A stretch of DNA of 42,430 nt, from assembly GCA_041169005.1 (NCBI GenBank), contig JBEEJV010000047.1:1-42430 (forward strand). Direction: 5' to 3'. Both the position numbers and the translations under genes were made by a program. This DNA is from Actinomycetota bacterium. GTDB taxonomy: Bacteria > Actinomycetota > Actinomycetes > Actinomycetales > Microbacteriaceae. The notes below the pieces were generated by a model. The model worked only from the letters and a program-made list of their open reading frames with translations. It searched no databases and had not been told where the DNA came from. The stretch's first letter is position 1; the number at the start of each line of letters is the position of its first letter. Of the stretch, positions 20,666 to 31,154 are shown piece by piece.

Positions 20666-21765
20666 TAGTCGGTTTCCTTAGGGGATTTCAAGATTGGCCA
20701 GACGGTGTAAAGACTCGCCGCGATTAGTCCAGGTATGAAGAACCACCAGACCATTTGCGCGGGAACGAGGAACAGTAAAAGGCATGAGATTGCAATCAGG
20801 GCAGTCCAGGCGTAGAACACGAAGACGGATCCTAAATGACTGTGCCCGAAATCTTGCAGGCGGTGATGGATGTGCTTTCGATCCGCGGCAAACGGACTCT
20901 TTCCGGCACGAAGGCGACGAAGCACCGCGAGCGAGAAGTCGAGCAACGGAAGAACCAAGATTGCCAATGGCAGAATCAGCGGCAAGAAAGCGGGGACGCT
21001 ATCGGTTCGTGTGGTGATGCTCGGATCGATCTGACCCGTAACGGTAAGCGCTGACGCAGAGGTGAGCAGACCCAGTAGCAGCGCTCCCCCATCACCCATG
21101 AAAATCTTGGCCGGGCGCCAGTTCCAAGGCAAGAATCCGACACATACGCCAACCACGCATGCGCTGATGAGCGTTGCTAGGTTGAAGTAGTCCGTAGGGC
21201 TGGTCTGCTGTGTAAGCAGATAGGCGTAAGCGAAGAACACGGTGGTTCCGATTAGTGTCACTCCAGCGACCAGACCATCGAGGCCGTCGATGAAGTTGAC
21301 CGCGTTCATAACTAACACTGTGATGAACACGGTTACCACGAGGCTTACGCCGGTAGAGCCGATGGTGAGGCCGCCGATCGGCAGCGAGACAATCTGAACC
21401 CCCTGCCAGGCGAGCACACCAGAGATAAGGAACTGTCCCGCGAGCTTCAGCGTCCAGTCGAGGTCGTACAGATCATCGAAGAAACCGAGCAGGTTGATAG
21501 CAACCGCACAGAGCAAGATGGTGACGATCTTGGTCGGGTCGACGAACACGGCGTGGAACCAGCCGAGCAAGCTTGCCACACCGATGGCGGCCGCAAAGCC
21601 GACCATCATCGCCGCACCACCGAGACGCGGGGTTGGTTTGCTGTGAGCATCGCGCGCACGGATGGCCGGGTAAATCTTGAATCGATGTGCGAGCTTCAGT
21701 ACCGCCCAGGTTGCGAAGAACGTAACCAGCGCGGCGATGAAAGCGATGAGGAGATAGGCGCGCAT
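20665..21765 (-). CDS. wecA: MraY/WecA-family polyprenyl-phosphate GlcNAc-1-phosphate transferase
   Basis: PTPRLGG, GFFDD, NAVNFIDGLDGL, IFMGDGG, DRKHIHHRL. Confidence 0.88.
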   Translation of the reverse strand: MRAYLLIAFIAALVTFFATWAVLKLAHRFKIYPAIRARDAHSKPTPRLGGAAMMVGFAAAIGVASLLGWFHAVFVDPTKIVTILLCAVAINLLGFFDDLYDLDWTLKLAGQFLISGVLAWQGVQIVSLPIGGLTIGSTGVSLVVTVFITVLVMNAVNFIDGLDGLVAGVTLIGTTVFFAYAYLLTQQTSPTDYFNLATLISACVVGVCVGFLPWNWRPAKIFMGDGGALLLGLLTSASALTVTGQIDPSITTRTDSVPAFLPLILPLAILVLPLLDFSLAVLRRLRAGKSPFAADRKHIHHRLQDFGHSHLGSVFVFYAWTALIAISCLLLFLVPAQMVWWFFIPGLIAASLYTVWPILKSPKETD

Positions 21766-22490
21766 TAGCCCTTGTTCTCTTCGGCGGTCGCGGCAGGAGC
21801 AGCCTCTGCGCCTTCAAGAAGGTCGCCAGCAACACTGCGAATCTTGGCTTCGCTCAGCGCGCCTTGTCGAACAATCTTGATCTTGCCCGAGACCACCGGC
21901 TTGCCATCCTGGTAGCTGGTCTGCAGACCGGTGAGGTCGAGGATGGTGCTTGCCTCGCCCTTGGGACTCATGCCTGCTTCTAGGTAAACCTCGACCGAGT
22001 TGCCCAGATACTCCTGTGCTCCAGTTCCGGTGGTAGCCGCTGGTTTTCCGGTGAGGTTGGCGCTCGATACAGCGAGTGGGCCGGTTTCCTCGAGCAGTGC
22101 GAGCGCGATTTTGTGATCTGGAACCCGAAGCGCAACCGTGCCGCGGGTCTCCCCAAGGTCCCACTGCAGCGAAGGCTGGGCGCGCAAAATCATGGTTAGG
22201 GCTCCCGGCCAGAACGCATCGGCGAGTTTCTGAGCAACTTCAGGCACATCCGAAGCGAGTCCCGCCATCGTTGCGGCCTTTGGAATAAGAACCGGTGGTG
22301 GCGCCTGACGGTCACGACCCTTGGCGGCAAGCAAGCGGGCAACAGCCTCGGCGTTGAAGGCATCGGCAGCCAAACCATAAACGGTATCGGTCGGCAGAAC
22401 CACGAGTTCACCGCGCGCGATAGCAATCTTTGCCAAACGCATTCCGGTGAGTAGGTCTACGTCAACAGAGCAGTCAAACAGCTGAGTCAT
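21765..22490 (-). CDS. tsaC: L-threonylcarbamoyladenylate synthase (YrdC/Sua5)
   Basis: PTDTVYGL, KGR, WPGALT, ALRVP, SSANLTG; SD AGGAGG. Confidence 0.92.
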   Translation of the reverse strand: MTQLFDCSVDVDLLTGMRLAKIAIARGELVVLPTDTVYGLAADAFNAEAVARLLAAKGRDRQAPPPVLIPKAATMAGLASDVPEVAQKLADAFWPGALTMILRAQPSLQWDLGETRGTVALRVPDHKIALALLEETGPLAVSSANLTGKPAATTGTGAQEYLGNSVEVYLEAGMSPKGEASTILDLTGLQTSYQDGKPVVSGKIKIVRQGALSEAKIRSVAGDLLEGAEAAPAATAEENKG

Positions 22491-22569
22491 TGTGGCCTCC
22501 TAGTGTCGCCGGGCTGTGTATGTTAAGTCTGGTTTTAATCTAAGCGGATGCCCGCCCCGATGGGGAGCA

Positions 22570-23433
22570 CTATGGACGAATTGCCGAAACCGCTCGGTTC
22601 CTGCCGTTGAGGTCTTGATGTGCGGTTGCATTCAACCAGCCATCGGCGGTCAAAAGTTCGACAACCGATTCGCTCTGAATGTCGGCATGCTCGACCACGA
22701 AGAATCCGCCTGCCTTGAGAAGCCTCATGCCAGTCTGCGAGGTTCCCCGAATAGCGTCGAGCCCATCCTCACCCGAATAGAGTGCGAGCGCCGGGTCGTG
22801 CAGGTGCACCTCCGGATAGATAGGGACCATCGCCGAGGGAATATAAGGAGGGTTAGTTGCGAGGACAGTTACCTGACCGTTGAGTTCTGGGTATGCGGTG
22901 GCCAGATCGCCCTGAACTAACTTTGCCTTGGCGCCTTGAGCAACATAAGTCTCGAAGTTTTTGGAGGCCCAGAAGATTGCATCCTCACTCAGTTCAACCG
23001 CGTGAACGGAAGCCTTTGGGACCTCGGTTGCCATGGCCAGGGCGATCGCACCGCTTCCAGTGCAGAGATCAACGGCAATCGGGCTTTCGTCTGCTGCACC
23101 ATTGAGAGCATCGATGGCAAGCTGTGCGATGAGCTCTGTCTCCGGGCGCGGGACGAATACTCCCTTGCCAACCTGAAGCGTCAGATTGCGGAAGTAGCCG
23201 CGACCGGTCAGATGCTGAAGCGGTTCGCGAGCGGCGCGACGATCAGCGAGTGCCTGAAGCTTGGTCACTTCATCGGCAGAAAGTTCACGGCCGGTTATTT
23301 CAAAGACGGCAATTTCGCCGCGACTGAAGCCGAGAGTTTCGGCAACCAGAATCTCGGCATCCGCGCGCGCAGACTCAATGCCCGCTGCTGCGAAGACATC
23401 GGTGAAGTTAGTGATTAGCTGGCGCAGTTGCAT
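22570..23433 (-). CDS. prmC: Release factor glutamine methyltransferase
   Basis: EPLQH, VFVPRPETE, DLCTGSG, NPPY. Confidence 0.95.
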   Translation of the reverse strand: MQLRQLITNFTDVFAAAGIESARADAEILVAETLGFSRGEIAVFEITGRELSADEVTKLQALADRRAAREPLQHLTGRGYFRNLTLQVGKGVFVPRPETELIAQLAIDALNGAADESPIAVDLCTGSGAIALAMATEVPKASVHAVELSEDAIFWASKNFETYVAQGAKAKLVQGDLATAYPELNGQVTVLATNPPYIPSAMVPIYPEVHLHDPALALYSGEDGLDAIRGTSQTGMRLLKAGGFFVVEHADIQSESVVELLTADGWLNATAHQDLNGRNRAVSAIRP

Positions 23434-23445
23434 ACGCGCCCGCGG

Positions 23446-24525
23446 TTACTTCTCGCCCGAAAGTGCTGCCAGACGCGACTCTTCGTCCATCTGGATTGCG
23501 CTCTGGATTACCGGCTCTAGTGCGCCGTCCATCACCTGGTCAAGGTTGTATGCCTTGTAGCCGGTGCGGTGGTCAGCGATGCGGTTTTCAGGGAAGTTAT
23601 AGGTACGAATTCGCTCGGAGCGGTCCATCGAACGAACCTGGCTCTTGCGGTAAGCGCTCTGCTCGGCGTCGATGGCTTCCTGCTTGGCCGCCAAAAGGCG
23701 AGCGCGAAGAACACGCATCGCCGCTTCACGGTTTTGCAGCTGCGACTTCTCGTTCTGCATCGAAACGACGATTCCAGTCTCAAGGTGAGTGATTCGAACT
23801 GCCGAGTCAGTGGTGTTAACCGACTGACCACCAGGGCCCGACGAGCGGAACACGTCGATGCGGATGTCGTTCGGGTGGATGTCCACTTCTTCAGGCTCAT
23901 CTACTTCTGGGAATACCAGAACACCAGCGGCCGAAGTGTGGATGCGGCCCTGAGTTTCAGTGACCGGAACTCGCTGAACGCGGTGAACGCCACCCTCGTA
24001 CTTGAAGTGAGCCCAAACGCCCTGCGATGGGTCTGCGCTGTTGCCCTTGAAGGCAACCTGCACGTCCTTGACACCGCCGAGGTCCGACTCATTCTTTTCG
24101 ATGATTTCGGTCTTCCAACCCTTGCTGTTCGCGTACTGAAGGTACATGCGAAGAAGGTCGCCTGCGAAGAGTGCAGATTCTGCACCACCTTCACCGGCCT
24201 TGATTTCCATGATGACGTCGCGGCCGTCGTCCGGGTCGCGAGGAATTAGCAGACGTCGCAACTTCTCGTTTGCAACGTGCAGCTTTTCCTCGGTAACCGG
24301 AACTTCTTCGGCGAATGCTTCGTCTTCCTTGGCAAGTTCCTTAGCGGCGGCAAGGTCGTCAGTCAGTGCAACCAGGTTCTCGTAGGCGCTCACGATCGCG
24401 TTCAACTCGGCGTAGCGTCGGTTGAGCTTCTTCGCCAACTGTGGGTTGGTGTGAACTGCTGCGTCGGAGAGCTGAACCTGAAGGTCGGCGTGCTCCTTGA
24501 GAAGTGGCTGTACTGAATCAAGCAT
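23446..24525 (-). CDS. prfA: Peptide chain release factor 1
   Basis: PVT anticodon motif, [11 protein letters not shown]. Confidence 0.97.
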   Translation of the reverse strand: MLDSVQPLLKEHADLQVQLSDAAVHTNPQLAKKLNRRYAELNAIVSAYENLVALTDDLAAAKELAKEDEAFAEEVPVTEEKLHVANEKLRRLLIPRDPDDGRDVIMEIKAGEGGAESALFAGDLLRMYLQYANSKGWKTEIIEKNESDLGGVKDVQVAFKGNSADPSQGVWAHFKYEGGVHRVQRVPVTETQGRIHTSAAGVLVFPEVDEPEEVDIHPNDIRIDVFRSSGPGGQSVNTTDSAVRITHLETGIVVSMQNEKSQLQNREAAMRVLRARLLAAKQEAIDAEQSAYRKSQVRSMDRSERIRTYNFPENRIADHRTGYKAYNLDQVMDGALEPVIQSAIQMDEESRLAALSGEK

Positions 24526-24534
24526 TTTTGGCTA

Positions 24535-26235
24535 TTACTCCGAGTCGCTGCCAGTTGGAACCGGCATGCTCTTCTGAACCTGCATTAGGAACTCAACGTT
24601 GCTCGAAGTTTCCTTTAGACGGCTGAGAACTAGCTCTAGGGCCTGCTGCTGCTCTAGACCTGCAAGTGCACGACGTAGCTTCCAAATGATCTTGGTCTCG
24701 TCTGGGCTCATGAGCATTTCTTCGCGACGGGTACCCGAAGCGTTGACGTCTACCGCAGGGAAGATTCGCTTGTCCGCTAGCGAGCGGCTTAGGCGAAGCT
24801 CCATGTTTCCGGTTCCCTTGAACTCTTCGAAGATAACCTCGTCCATCTTCGAACCGGTCTCAACAAGAGCGGTTGCAAGGATGGTGAGCGAGCCGCCGTC
24901 CTCGATGTTACGAGCAGCACCGAAGAAGCGCTTTGGTGGGTAGAGCGCCGATGAGTCGACACCACCCGAAAGGATACGGCCCGAAGCAGGAGCGCTCAGG
25001 TTGTAAGCACGGCCCAGACGGGTGATCGAGTCGAGAAGAACTACCACGTCGTGACCTAGCTCAACGAGACGCTTTGCGCGCTCGATAGCCAACTCGGCAA
25101 CGGTGGTGTGGTCTTCTGCAGGGCGGTCGAAGGTCGAGGCGATTACCTCACCCTTTACAGTGCGCTGCATGTCGGTAACTTCTTCTGGGCGCTCATCGAC
25201 GAGAACGACCATTAGGTGAACCTCTGGGTTGTTCTTTGCGATCGAGTTCGCGATTGCCTGAAGGACTAGGGTCTTACCGGCCTTAGGAGGCGAAACGATA
25301 AGACCACGCTGGCCCTTACCAATCGGAGCAACAAGGTCGATGATTCGAGTGCTGAGCTTGTTTGGCTCAGTCTCAAGACGTAGACGGCTCTGAGGGTAGA
25401 GCGGGGTTAGCTTGCCGAACTCTACGCGGTCGTTTGCCTGCTCCTGGGTTAGACCGTTGATGGAGTCGATGCGCACAATCGCGTTGAACTTCTGACGGCT
25501 CTGGTCTGCGCCTTCACGTGGCTGGCGGATTGCACCGACAACTGCGTCACCCTTGCGGAGCGAGTACTTCTTGACCTGGCTTAGCGAAACGTAAACGTCG
25601 TTTGGACCAGGTAGGTAACCGCTGGTGCGGACGAATGCGTAGTTGTCTAGGACGTCGAGGATACCTGCAACCGGAACTAGAACGTCGTCTGGCGAGATCT
25701 CTGGCTCAGCCTCATCGTTCATGCCACCATTGCGGTTTCCGCGGCGGTCGCGATCGCGGTACCGGTTACGGTTGCGGTTGCGGCCGTTTCCCCCACGACG
25801 CTCGTCGTCGAAGTCGCGGTCGCGGTTGTTGTTGCGCTCTGAGCGCTCCTGGCCGCCATCGTTTGATTCATTGCGGTCTGCGCGCTCGTTGTTGCCTTCG
25901 CCGCCATCGTTGCCGTTGCGGTCCGAACGGTTGCGGTTACGGTTACGGTTACGGCCGTTGCGGTCCGAACGACCTTCGCCACCCTCGCGCTCTGCGCGTG
26001 GTTCGCCGGCTGGGGCCTCGTTCGAAGCTTCGCTCTTGGCTGCCTTGGCTGGAGCTTCCGACTTTGCAGTCTCTGCTCCCGCTTCAGCCTTTGGCTTGCG
26101 GGTGCGCTTTGGTGCCGAGGCTTCGCCTTCGGTGGTCTTGGTTGCTGGAGCTTCTGAAGCTACTGCTGCGGTCGCGGTGTCGCTGGTTGCGCGACGACGA
26201 GTACGGACCGGCTTGTCCTGCTGGATTTCATCCAT
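24535..26235 (-). CDS. rho: Transcription termination factor Rho with a long polar N-terminal insertion
   Basis: AFVR...YLPG..DVYVS, PPKAGKT, DERPEEVTD, FEEFKGTGNMEL. Confidence 0.97.
   Translation of the reverse strand: MDEIQQDKPVRTRRRATSDTATAAVASEAPATKTTEGEASAPKRTRKPKAEAGAETAKSEAPAKAAKSEASNEAPAGEPRAEREGGEGRSDRNGRNRNRNRNRSDRNGNDGGEGNNERADRNESNDGGQERSERNNNRDRDFDDERRGGNGRNRNRNRYRDRDRRGNRNGGMNDEAEPEISPDDVLVPVAGILDVLDNYAFVRTSGYLPGPNDVYVSLSQVKKYSLRKGDAVVGAIRQPREGADQSRQKFNAIVRIDSINGLTQEQANDRVEFGKLTPLYPQSRLRLETEPNKLSTRIIDLVAPIGKGQRGLIVSPPKAGKTLVLQAIANSIAKNNPEVHLMVVLVDERPEEVTDMQRTVKGEVIASTFDRPAEDHTTVAELAIERAKRLVELGHDVVVLLDSITRLGRAYNLSAPASGRILSGGVDSSALYPPKRFFGAARNIEDGGSLTILATALVETGSKMDEVIFEEFKGTGNMELRLSRSLADKRIFPAVDVNASGTRREEMLMSPDETKIIWKLRRALAGLEQQQALELVLSRLKETSSNVEFLMQVQKSMPVPTGSDSE
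25912..25971. repeat. Low-complexity repeats in the Rho insertion: 18-bp direct repeat flanking (CGGTTR)n hexamers
   Basis: GCCGTTGCGGTCCGAACG at 25912-25929 and 25954-25971; encodes RSDRNG-RNRNRNRN-RSDRNG. Confidence 0.8.
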
Positions 26236-26362
26236 TTGTTTGTTGCACTCTACTTTCGGAGTTGTGGGCAGTGAAAAAGTTTTGGACTACTGCCTTTGAA
26301 CACGGCTAAGCCGTGAGGAATCGCATTTGATTGCGGAGATTTGCACCTACCCCATGGGTGGA

Positions 26363-27298
26363 CTAAGAAATTACATCCTCTTTATGGTGCACTCCAACTG
26401 TAGCACCCTTGAAGTCAACCGCCAACAGCAGCGTCTTCCATTCTGGATAACTTTCGGTAACAAACTTCGCAACCTCAAGGCGCTCTGCCGGATCCGAAGC
26501 TAGAACGAGAACCGATGGCCCTGCACCCGAAACCACCGCGGCGTGACCCTGCCCGCGAAGAGTCGCGATCAATTCTGCAGTCTTAGGCATAGCCGATGCA
26601 CGGTAATCCTGGTGCAAACGGTCTTCGGTTGCGTCTAGAAGCAACTCTGGGCTCGCGGTTAGAGCCGCAATAAGCAGCGCCGAACGCGAAACGTTAAATA
26701 CGGCATCGTCGTGTGGAACACTGTCTGGCTGAAGTGAACGGGCGAGCTTGGTGCTCATCTGGAAGCTTGGAACCAAAACCAGGGGCGATACACCGCGGTG
26801 GACGAAAAGCTTCTTGTGACGAGGCCCGGTAGCGTCTTCCCAAGCGATGGTTAGACCACCGAATAGGGCCGGAGCCACGTTGTCTGGGTGACCTTCTAGT
26901 TCGGTCGCGATGGTAAGCAAGTCTTCCGAGGTCATCTCAACGATGCCTTCGAGCAGACCCTTTGCGGCCATGATGCCCGAAACTACAGCAGCGCCTGACG
27001 AACCCATTCCGCGGCCGTGAGGGATGCGGTTGGTTGCGGTTAGGTGCAGCCCAGGCATCTTCTGGCCGAAGTGCTTGAAGGTGTAGTCGATCGACTTGAC
27101 AACAAGATTGTCTACACCGGTCGGCACTTCGCCAGCGCCCTCACCGGTCACATCAACAAACACATCGTTGCCGGCGACAGCCTCAACAATTAGCTCGTCG
27201 TAGTAGGACAGCGCCATTCCAAGCGTGTCGAAGCCCGGACCCAGGTTTGCACTGGTTGCCGGAACGTGCACTACTACTTTGCGACCCACTAGAGACAT
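26363..27298 (-). CDS. thrB: Homoserine kinase
   Basis: VPATSANLGPGFD, PHGRGMGSSGAA, EGHPDNVAP, SGAGPS. Confidence 0.96.
   Translation of the reverse strand: MSLVGRKVVVHVPATSANLGPGFDTLGMALSYYDELIVEAVAGNDVFVDVTGEGAGEVPTGVDNLVVKSIDYTFKHFGQKMPGLHLTATNRIPHGRGMGSSGAAVVSGIMAAKGLLEGIVEMTSEDLLTIATELEGHPDNVAPALFGGLTIAWEDATGPRHKKLFVHRGVSPLVLVPSFQMSTKLARSLQPDSVPHDDAVFNVSRSALLIAALTASPELLLDATEDRLHQDYRASAMPKTAELIATLRGQGHAAVVSGAGPSVLVLASDPAERLEVAKFVTESYPEWKTLLLAVDFKGATVGVHHKEDVIS
26397..26405 (-). promoter_or_regulatory. Extended -10 (TGc-TACAGT) inside the thrB 3' end, putative rho promoter
   Basis: Minus strand ggTGCTACAGTtgg, about 160 nt upstream of the rho ATG. Confidence 0.5.
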
Positions 27299-27316
27299 GC
27301 TTATGAACCTTTTTGT

Positions 27317-28390
27317 TTAGGCCAGACCCAAACGCTCTGCCACTTCGGCAGCGTTCTTGGATACGCTCTGAGGCTGGATGTCGTTGCCGTTTTCATCCTT
27401 CAGAGCCCACATTGGGTCCTTTAGGCCGTGACCGGTAACGGTGACAACGATCTTCTTGCCTGCGAAGTTTTCGCCCTGCTGGAAGCTCTTGTACAGACCT
27501 GCTGCACCGGTAGCCGACGAAGGCTCAACGAATACGCCAACCTCCTGCGATAGGAAGCGGTGCATCCAGAGGATTTCCTTGTCCGAAACGGCACCGAAGC
27601 GGCCGCCCGAAACTTCGCGTGCGTTCTGCGCGAGGTCCCACGAAGCTGGGTTACCGATGCGGATAGCGGTTGCAATGGTCTCAGGGTTAGCAACTGGGTG
27701 GCCAACGGTGAATGGCGCCGAACCCTCAGCCTGGAAGCCCCACATCTGAGGGATGTGCTTGATACGACCCTCAGCTAGGTCTTCCGAGTAACCCTTGAAG
27801 TAAGCCGAGTAGTTACCGGCGTTACCGACTGGAAGTGCGTGGATGTCTGGAGCGAAACCTAGCGAGTCGAATACCTCGAACGCACCGGTCTTCTGACCTT
27901 CGATGCGGTCTGGGTTGACCGAGTTGACTAGGTGAACCGCGTAGTTCTCCGAAAGGTCGCGAGCCAAGATTAGGCAGTCATCGAAGTTACCCTGAACCTG
28001 CATGATCTGCGCCTTGTGAGCAACTGCCTGGCTTAGCTTGCCTAGCGAGATCTTGCCTTCTGGGATTAGTACGACGCTCTTGATGCCAGCGGCTGCAGCG
28101 TAGGCAGCGGCCGAAGCCGAGGTGTTACCGGTCGAAGCACAGATGACTGCCTTCGCACCGTGGCCGACAGCCTTCGAAACAGCCATGGTCATACCACGGT
28201 CCTTGAACGAACCGGTTGGGTTCATGCCCTCGTACTTGAGCCATGCGGCCTCTGCGCCAAGAAGCTTCGCAAGCGCAGGCGCAGGCACGAGTGGAGTGCC
28301 ACCCTCACCAAGAGTGATGACCGGGGTGTCGGTGGTTACATCGAGACGGTCGAAGTATTCGCGGATTACACCGCGCCATTGGTGTGCCAT
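27317..28390 (-). CDS. thrC: Threonine synthase
   Basis: NPTGSFKDRG, ASTGNTS, PVGNAGN, TGHGLKD. Confidence 0.96.
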   Translation of the reverse strand: MAHQWRGVIREYFDRLDVTTDTPVITLGEGGTPLVPAPALAKLLGAEAAWLKYEGMNPTGSFKDRGMTMAVSKAVGHGAKAVICASTGNTSASAAAYAAAAGIKSVVLIPEGKISLGKLSQAVAHKAQIMQVQGNFDDCLILARDLSENYAVHLVNSVNPDRIEGQKTGAFEVFDSLGFAPDIHALPVGNAGNYSAYFKGYSEDLAEGRIKHIPQMWGFQAEGSAPFTVGHPVANPETIATAIRIGNPASWDLAQNAREVSGGRFGAVSDKEILWMHRFLSQEVGVFVEPSSATGAAGLYKSFQQGENFAGKKIVVTVTGHGLKDPMWALKDENGNDIQPQSVSKNAAEVAERLGLA

Positions 28391-29706
28391 TAGACGCCTT
28401 CTACTCGGATGACAGAGGTGATTTCTTCTACGGCATCCGTCGCCCGTAGAGCCTCAACAACAGCGGATAGGGCAGCATCGGTTGCCCTGTGAGTTCCTAC
28501 CTCGAGGGTAGCGGTTCCGGTGCGCTTACCGTCCTTCACACGCGCCATCTGCTCAACAGTTTCGATAGAAACGTTGTGAGCGGTGAACACGTTTGCGATG
28601 GTTGCAAGCACACCTGGCTGGTCTGCTACCTCGATGGTGATTTGGTACTGGGTCACAACGCGGTCGATGCTTAGCGTTGGGAAGTTTGCGTGCACTGAGT
28701 CGGCAAGACCTGGTCCACCCGCAACGTGACGCTTTGCCGCTGATACTAGGTCGCCCAGAACAGCCGAAGCGGTCTGAACACCGCCGGCACCTGCGCCGTA
28801 GAACATGAGCTGGCCCGCTGCCTCTGCCTCAACAAAGACTGCGTTGTAAGCGCCACGAACAGCACCAAGTGGGTGCTCCTGAGGAATCAGAGTTGGGTAG
28901 ACGCGAACCGAGATGCCTTCTGGCTGGTCGCCTTCGGCTGAAATCTTTTCTGCGATGGCAAGAAGCTTGATTACGAGGCCGTCACGGCGGGCAGCTTCCA
29001 TCTGTGCCTGAGTGATCTTGGTGATGCCCTCACGGTACACGGCCTCAAGCGGAACCTCAGTGTGGAACGCGAGCGAAGCGAGGATGGCGGCCTTCTGCGC
29101 AGCGTCGTATGCTTCGACGTCTGCCGTAGGATCGGCCTCAGCGAAGCCTAGGTCCTGAGCTTCCTTGAGTGCATCTGCGAACGAAGCGCCAGCGCTGTTC
29201 ATGCGGTCGAGGATGTAGTTGGTGGTGCCGTTCACGATCCCCATGATGCGGTTCACCTTGTCGCCGGCGAGGCTCTCGCGCAGCGGACGAATAATCGGAA
29301 TAGCACCGGCAACCGCAGCCTCGTAGTAAAGCTGTGCGCCAACCTGCTCGGCAAGGTCGAAGAGCTCGGTGCCGTGGGTTGCGAGAAGCGCCTTGTTCGC
29401 GGTGATCACATCGGCACCCGAGTTGAGGGCAAGGGTGATGTAACCGCGGGCTGGCTCAATGCCACCCATTACTTCAATAACAATGTCTGCACCGAGGATG
29501 AGCGACTCAGCATCGGTGGTGAGAAGTTCGGCAGGAACGCCCGGGCGGCTCACCTTGGTGTCGCGGACGGCGATACCGATGAGCTCGAGCTCTGCGCCAA
29601 CGCGAGCAGCAAGCTCGGCCTTGTTTTCGGTGAGCAGACGAGCAACCTGGGAACCGACGCTGCCGGCACCTAGGAGCGCAATACGCAATGGACGATATTC
29701 GATCAA
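28390..29706 (-). CDS. hom: Homoserine dehydrogenase with C-terminal ACT domain
   Basis: GAGSVG, TANKA, EAAVAGAIP, GIVNGTTNYIL, AEADP, DQPGVL. Confidence 0.96.
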   Translation of the reverse strand: MIEYRPLRIALLGAGSVGSQVARLLTENKAELAARVGAELELIGIAVRDTKVSRPGVPAELLTTDAESLILGADIVIEVMGGIEPARGYITLALNSGADVITANKALLATHGTELFDLAEQVGAQLYYEAAVAGAIPIIRPLRESLAGDKVNRIMGIVNGTTNYILDRMNSAGASFADALKEAQDLGFAEADPTADVEAYDAAQKAAILASLAFHTEVPLEAVYREGITKITQAQMEAARRDGLVIKLLAIAEKISAEGDQPEGISVRVYPTLIPQEHPLGAVRGAYNAVFVEAEAAGQLMFYGAGAGGVQTASAVLGDLVSAAKRHVAGGPGLADSVHANFPTLSIDRVVTQYQITIEVADQPGVLATIANVFTAHNVSIETVEQMARVKDGKRTGTATLEVGTHRATDAALSAVVEALRATDAVEEITSVIRVEGV

Positions 29707-29709
29707 GGT

Positions 29710-31149
29710 CTAACCCTTTTCATTTCTTGAGGCGCTGCCCGAGTGCATCGCCTGGTAGCGAACGTCTCGTGCGAACAAGTCTGCCTCGGTTTCACCGCGA
29801 ACCAAAAGTCGAGCCTGGCCGCCCTTGACCGCCACGATTGGTGGACGGGTTAGCCAGTTGTAGTTACTGGATAGCGAGTGGCAGTAGGCGCCGGTTGCGG
29901 CTACCGCTAGCAAATCGTTTGGCGCAACGTCCGATGGTAGGTAGTCGTGAAGAACGACGATGTCGCCTGACTCACAATGCTTACCAACAACACGCGAGAG
30001 CGCAGGTGCAGCGCTCGATACGCGCGATGCCAAGACGGTGTGGTACTCGGCTTCGTATAGAGCAGGTCGAGCGTTGTCACTCATTCCACCATCGACCGAG
30101 ACGTACTTGCGGACCGCTGGCTCTGCGCCATCGGTGACCTTAACGTCCTTGATGGTGCCAACGTTGTAGAGGGTGATGCCGGTGTTGCCCACGATGGCAC
30201 GGCCTGGCTCAAAAGCGAGCGCTGGAACCTTAATTCCGAGCTTCTGACACTCTGCAGCAACGGTGTCGACGATTGCACCGGCGATCTTGGCAACCTCAGG
30301 TGCGTTGTCGGCCGGCTTGTAGTTGATGCCGAAGCCACCGCCGAGATTCAACTCAGGGATGTCGCCGCCTGCGAGCAGTTCGGCGTGAAGCTGAATGAGG
30401 CGACGGGTGCTCTCGATGAATCCGTCAGGCGCAAAGATCTGGCTACCGACGTGCTGGTGGAATCCGAGGAACTTGAGGTGGCGGTCAGCGCGAATCTTGG
30501 CAACCAGGGCCGGCGCGTCCGCGAGGGTAATGCCAAACTTCTGGTCTTCGCGAGCGGTCGCTAGGAAGTCGTGGGTGTTCGCGTGCACGCCAGTGTTGAC
30601 GCGGAGGCGAACGGCCTGGACCTTGTCTAGTGCACCAGCAGTTGACGCGATTCGCTCGATCTCGATTTCTGAGTCAATGACGATTGCGCCGACACCGGCT
30701 GCTACAGCGCGACCGATCTCACCAGGGCTCTTGTTATTGCCGTGGAGACCGATGTGGGCTGCGTCGAAGCCGCCCGCGAGCGCAGCAGCAAGCTCGCCGC
30801 CACTGGCTACGTCGATGTTCAAACCGAGCTCGTTTACCCAGGCGGCAATCTCGGTGCAGAGCAAAGCTTTGCTCGCGTAGTAAACCTTTGCGGTAGTGCC
30901 GATTCGAGCCGCAGCGTCTTCGAGCGCCTTCTTGATACCGGCCGCGCGAACACGGAAGTCGTGCTCATCGATCACGTAAAGCGGGGTGCCGAACTGGTTG
31001 ACCAACTCATCGACGGTCACATTGCCGACGGTGAATTCGCCATCCGAGTTGCGCATTGCTGTCGCAGGCCACACCTTGTTGTTCAGCGCGTTGAGGTCTG
31101 CCGGAACCTTTAGCCACTCAGGGGCTAGCACGTTTTCTGCCTTAGCCAT
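29710..31149 (-). CDS. lysA: Diaminopimelate decarboxylase
   Basis: YASKA (PLP Lys), HVGSQ, NLGGG, EPGR, HCESGD, GAY. Confidence 0.96.
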   Translation of the reverse strand: MAKAENVLAPEWLKVPADLNALNNKVWPATAMRNSDGEFTVGNVTVDELVNQFGTPLYVIDEHDFRVRAAGIKKALEDAAARIGTTAKVYYASKALLCTEIAAWVNELGLNIDVASGGELAAALAGGFDAAHIGLHGNNKSPGEIGRAVAAGVGAIVIDSEIEIERIASTAGALDKVQAVRLRVNTGVHANTHDFLATAREDQKFGITLADAPALVAKIRADRHLKFLGFHQHVGSQIFAPDGFIESTRRLIQLHAELLAGGDIPELNLGGGFGINYKPADNAPEVAKIAGAIVDTVAAECQKLGIKVPALAFEPGRAIVGNTGITLYNVGTIKDVKVTDGAEPAVRKYVSVDGGMSDNARPALYEAEYHTVLASRVSSAAPALSRVVGKHCESGDIVVLHDYLPSDVAPNDLLAVAATGAYCHSLSSNYNWLTRPPIVAVKGGQARLLVRGETEADLFARDVRYQAMHSGSASRNEKG

Positions 31150-31154
31150 CGCGG

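Noticed and set aside
23569-24249. Long antisense ORFs opposite prfA (likewise opposite argS 32049-32798 and the glycosidase 33178-33768)
   Set aside because: Shadow ORFs expected from codon bias of the sense genes; no translation signals or motifs
24526-24534. No rpmE (L31) between rho and prfA
   Set aside because: Real absence at this position, but most simply a lineage-level synteny difference; no remnant visible
25602-26309. Two long plus-strand ORFs opposite rho
   Set aside because: Antisense read-out of the low-complexity Rho insertion
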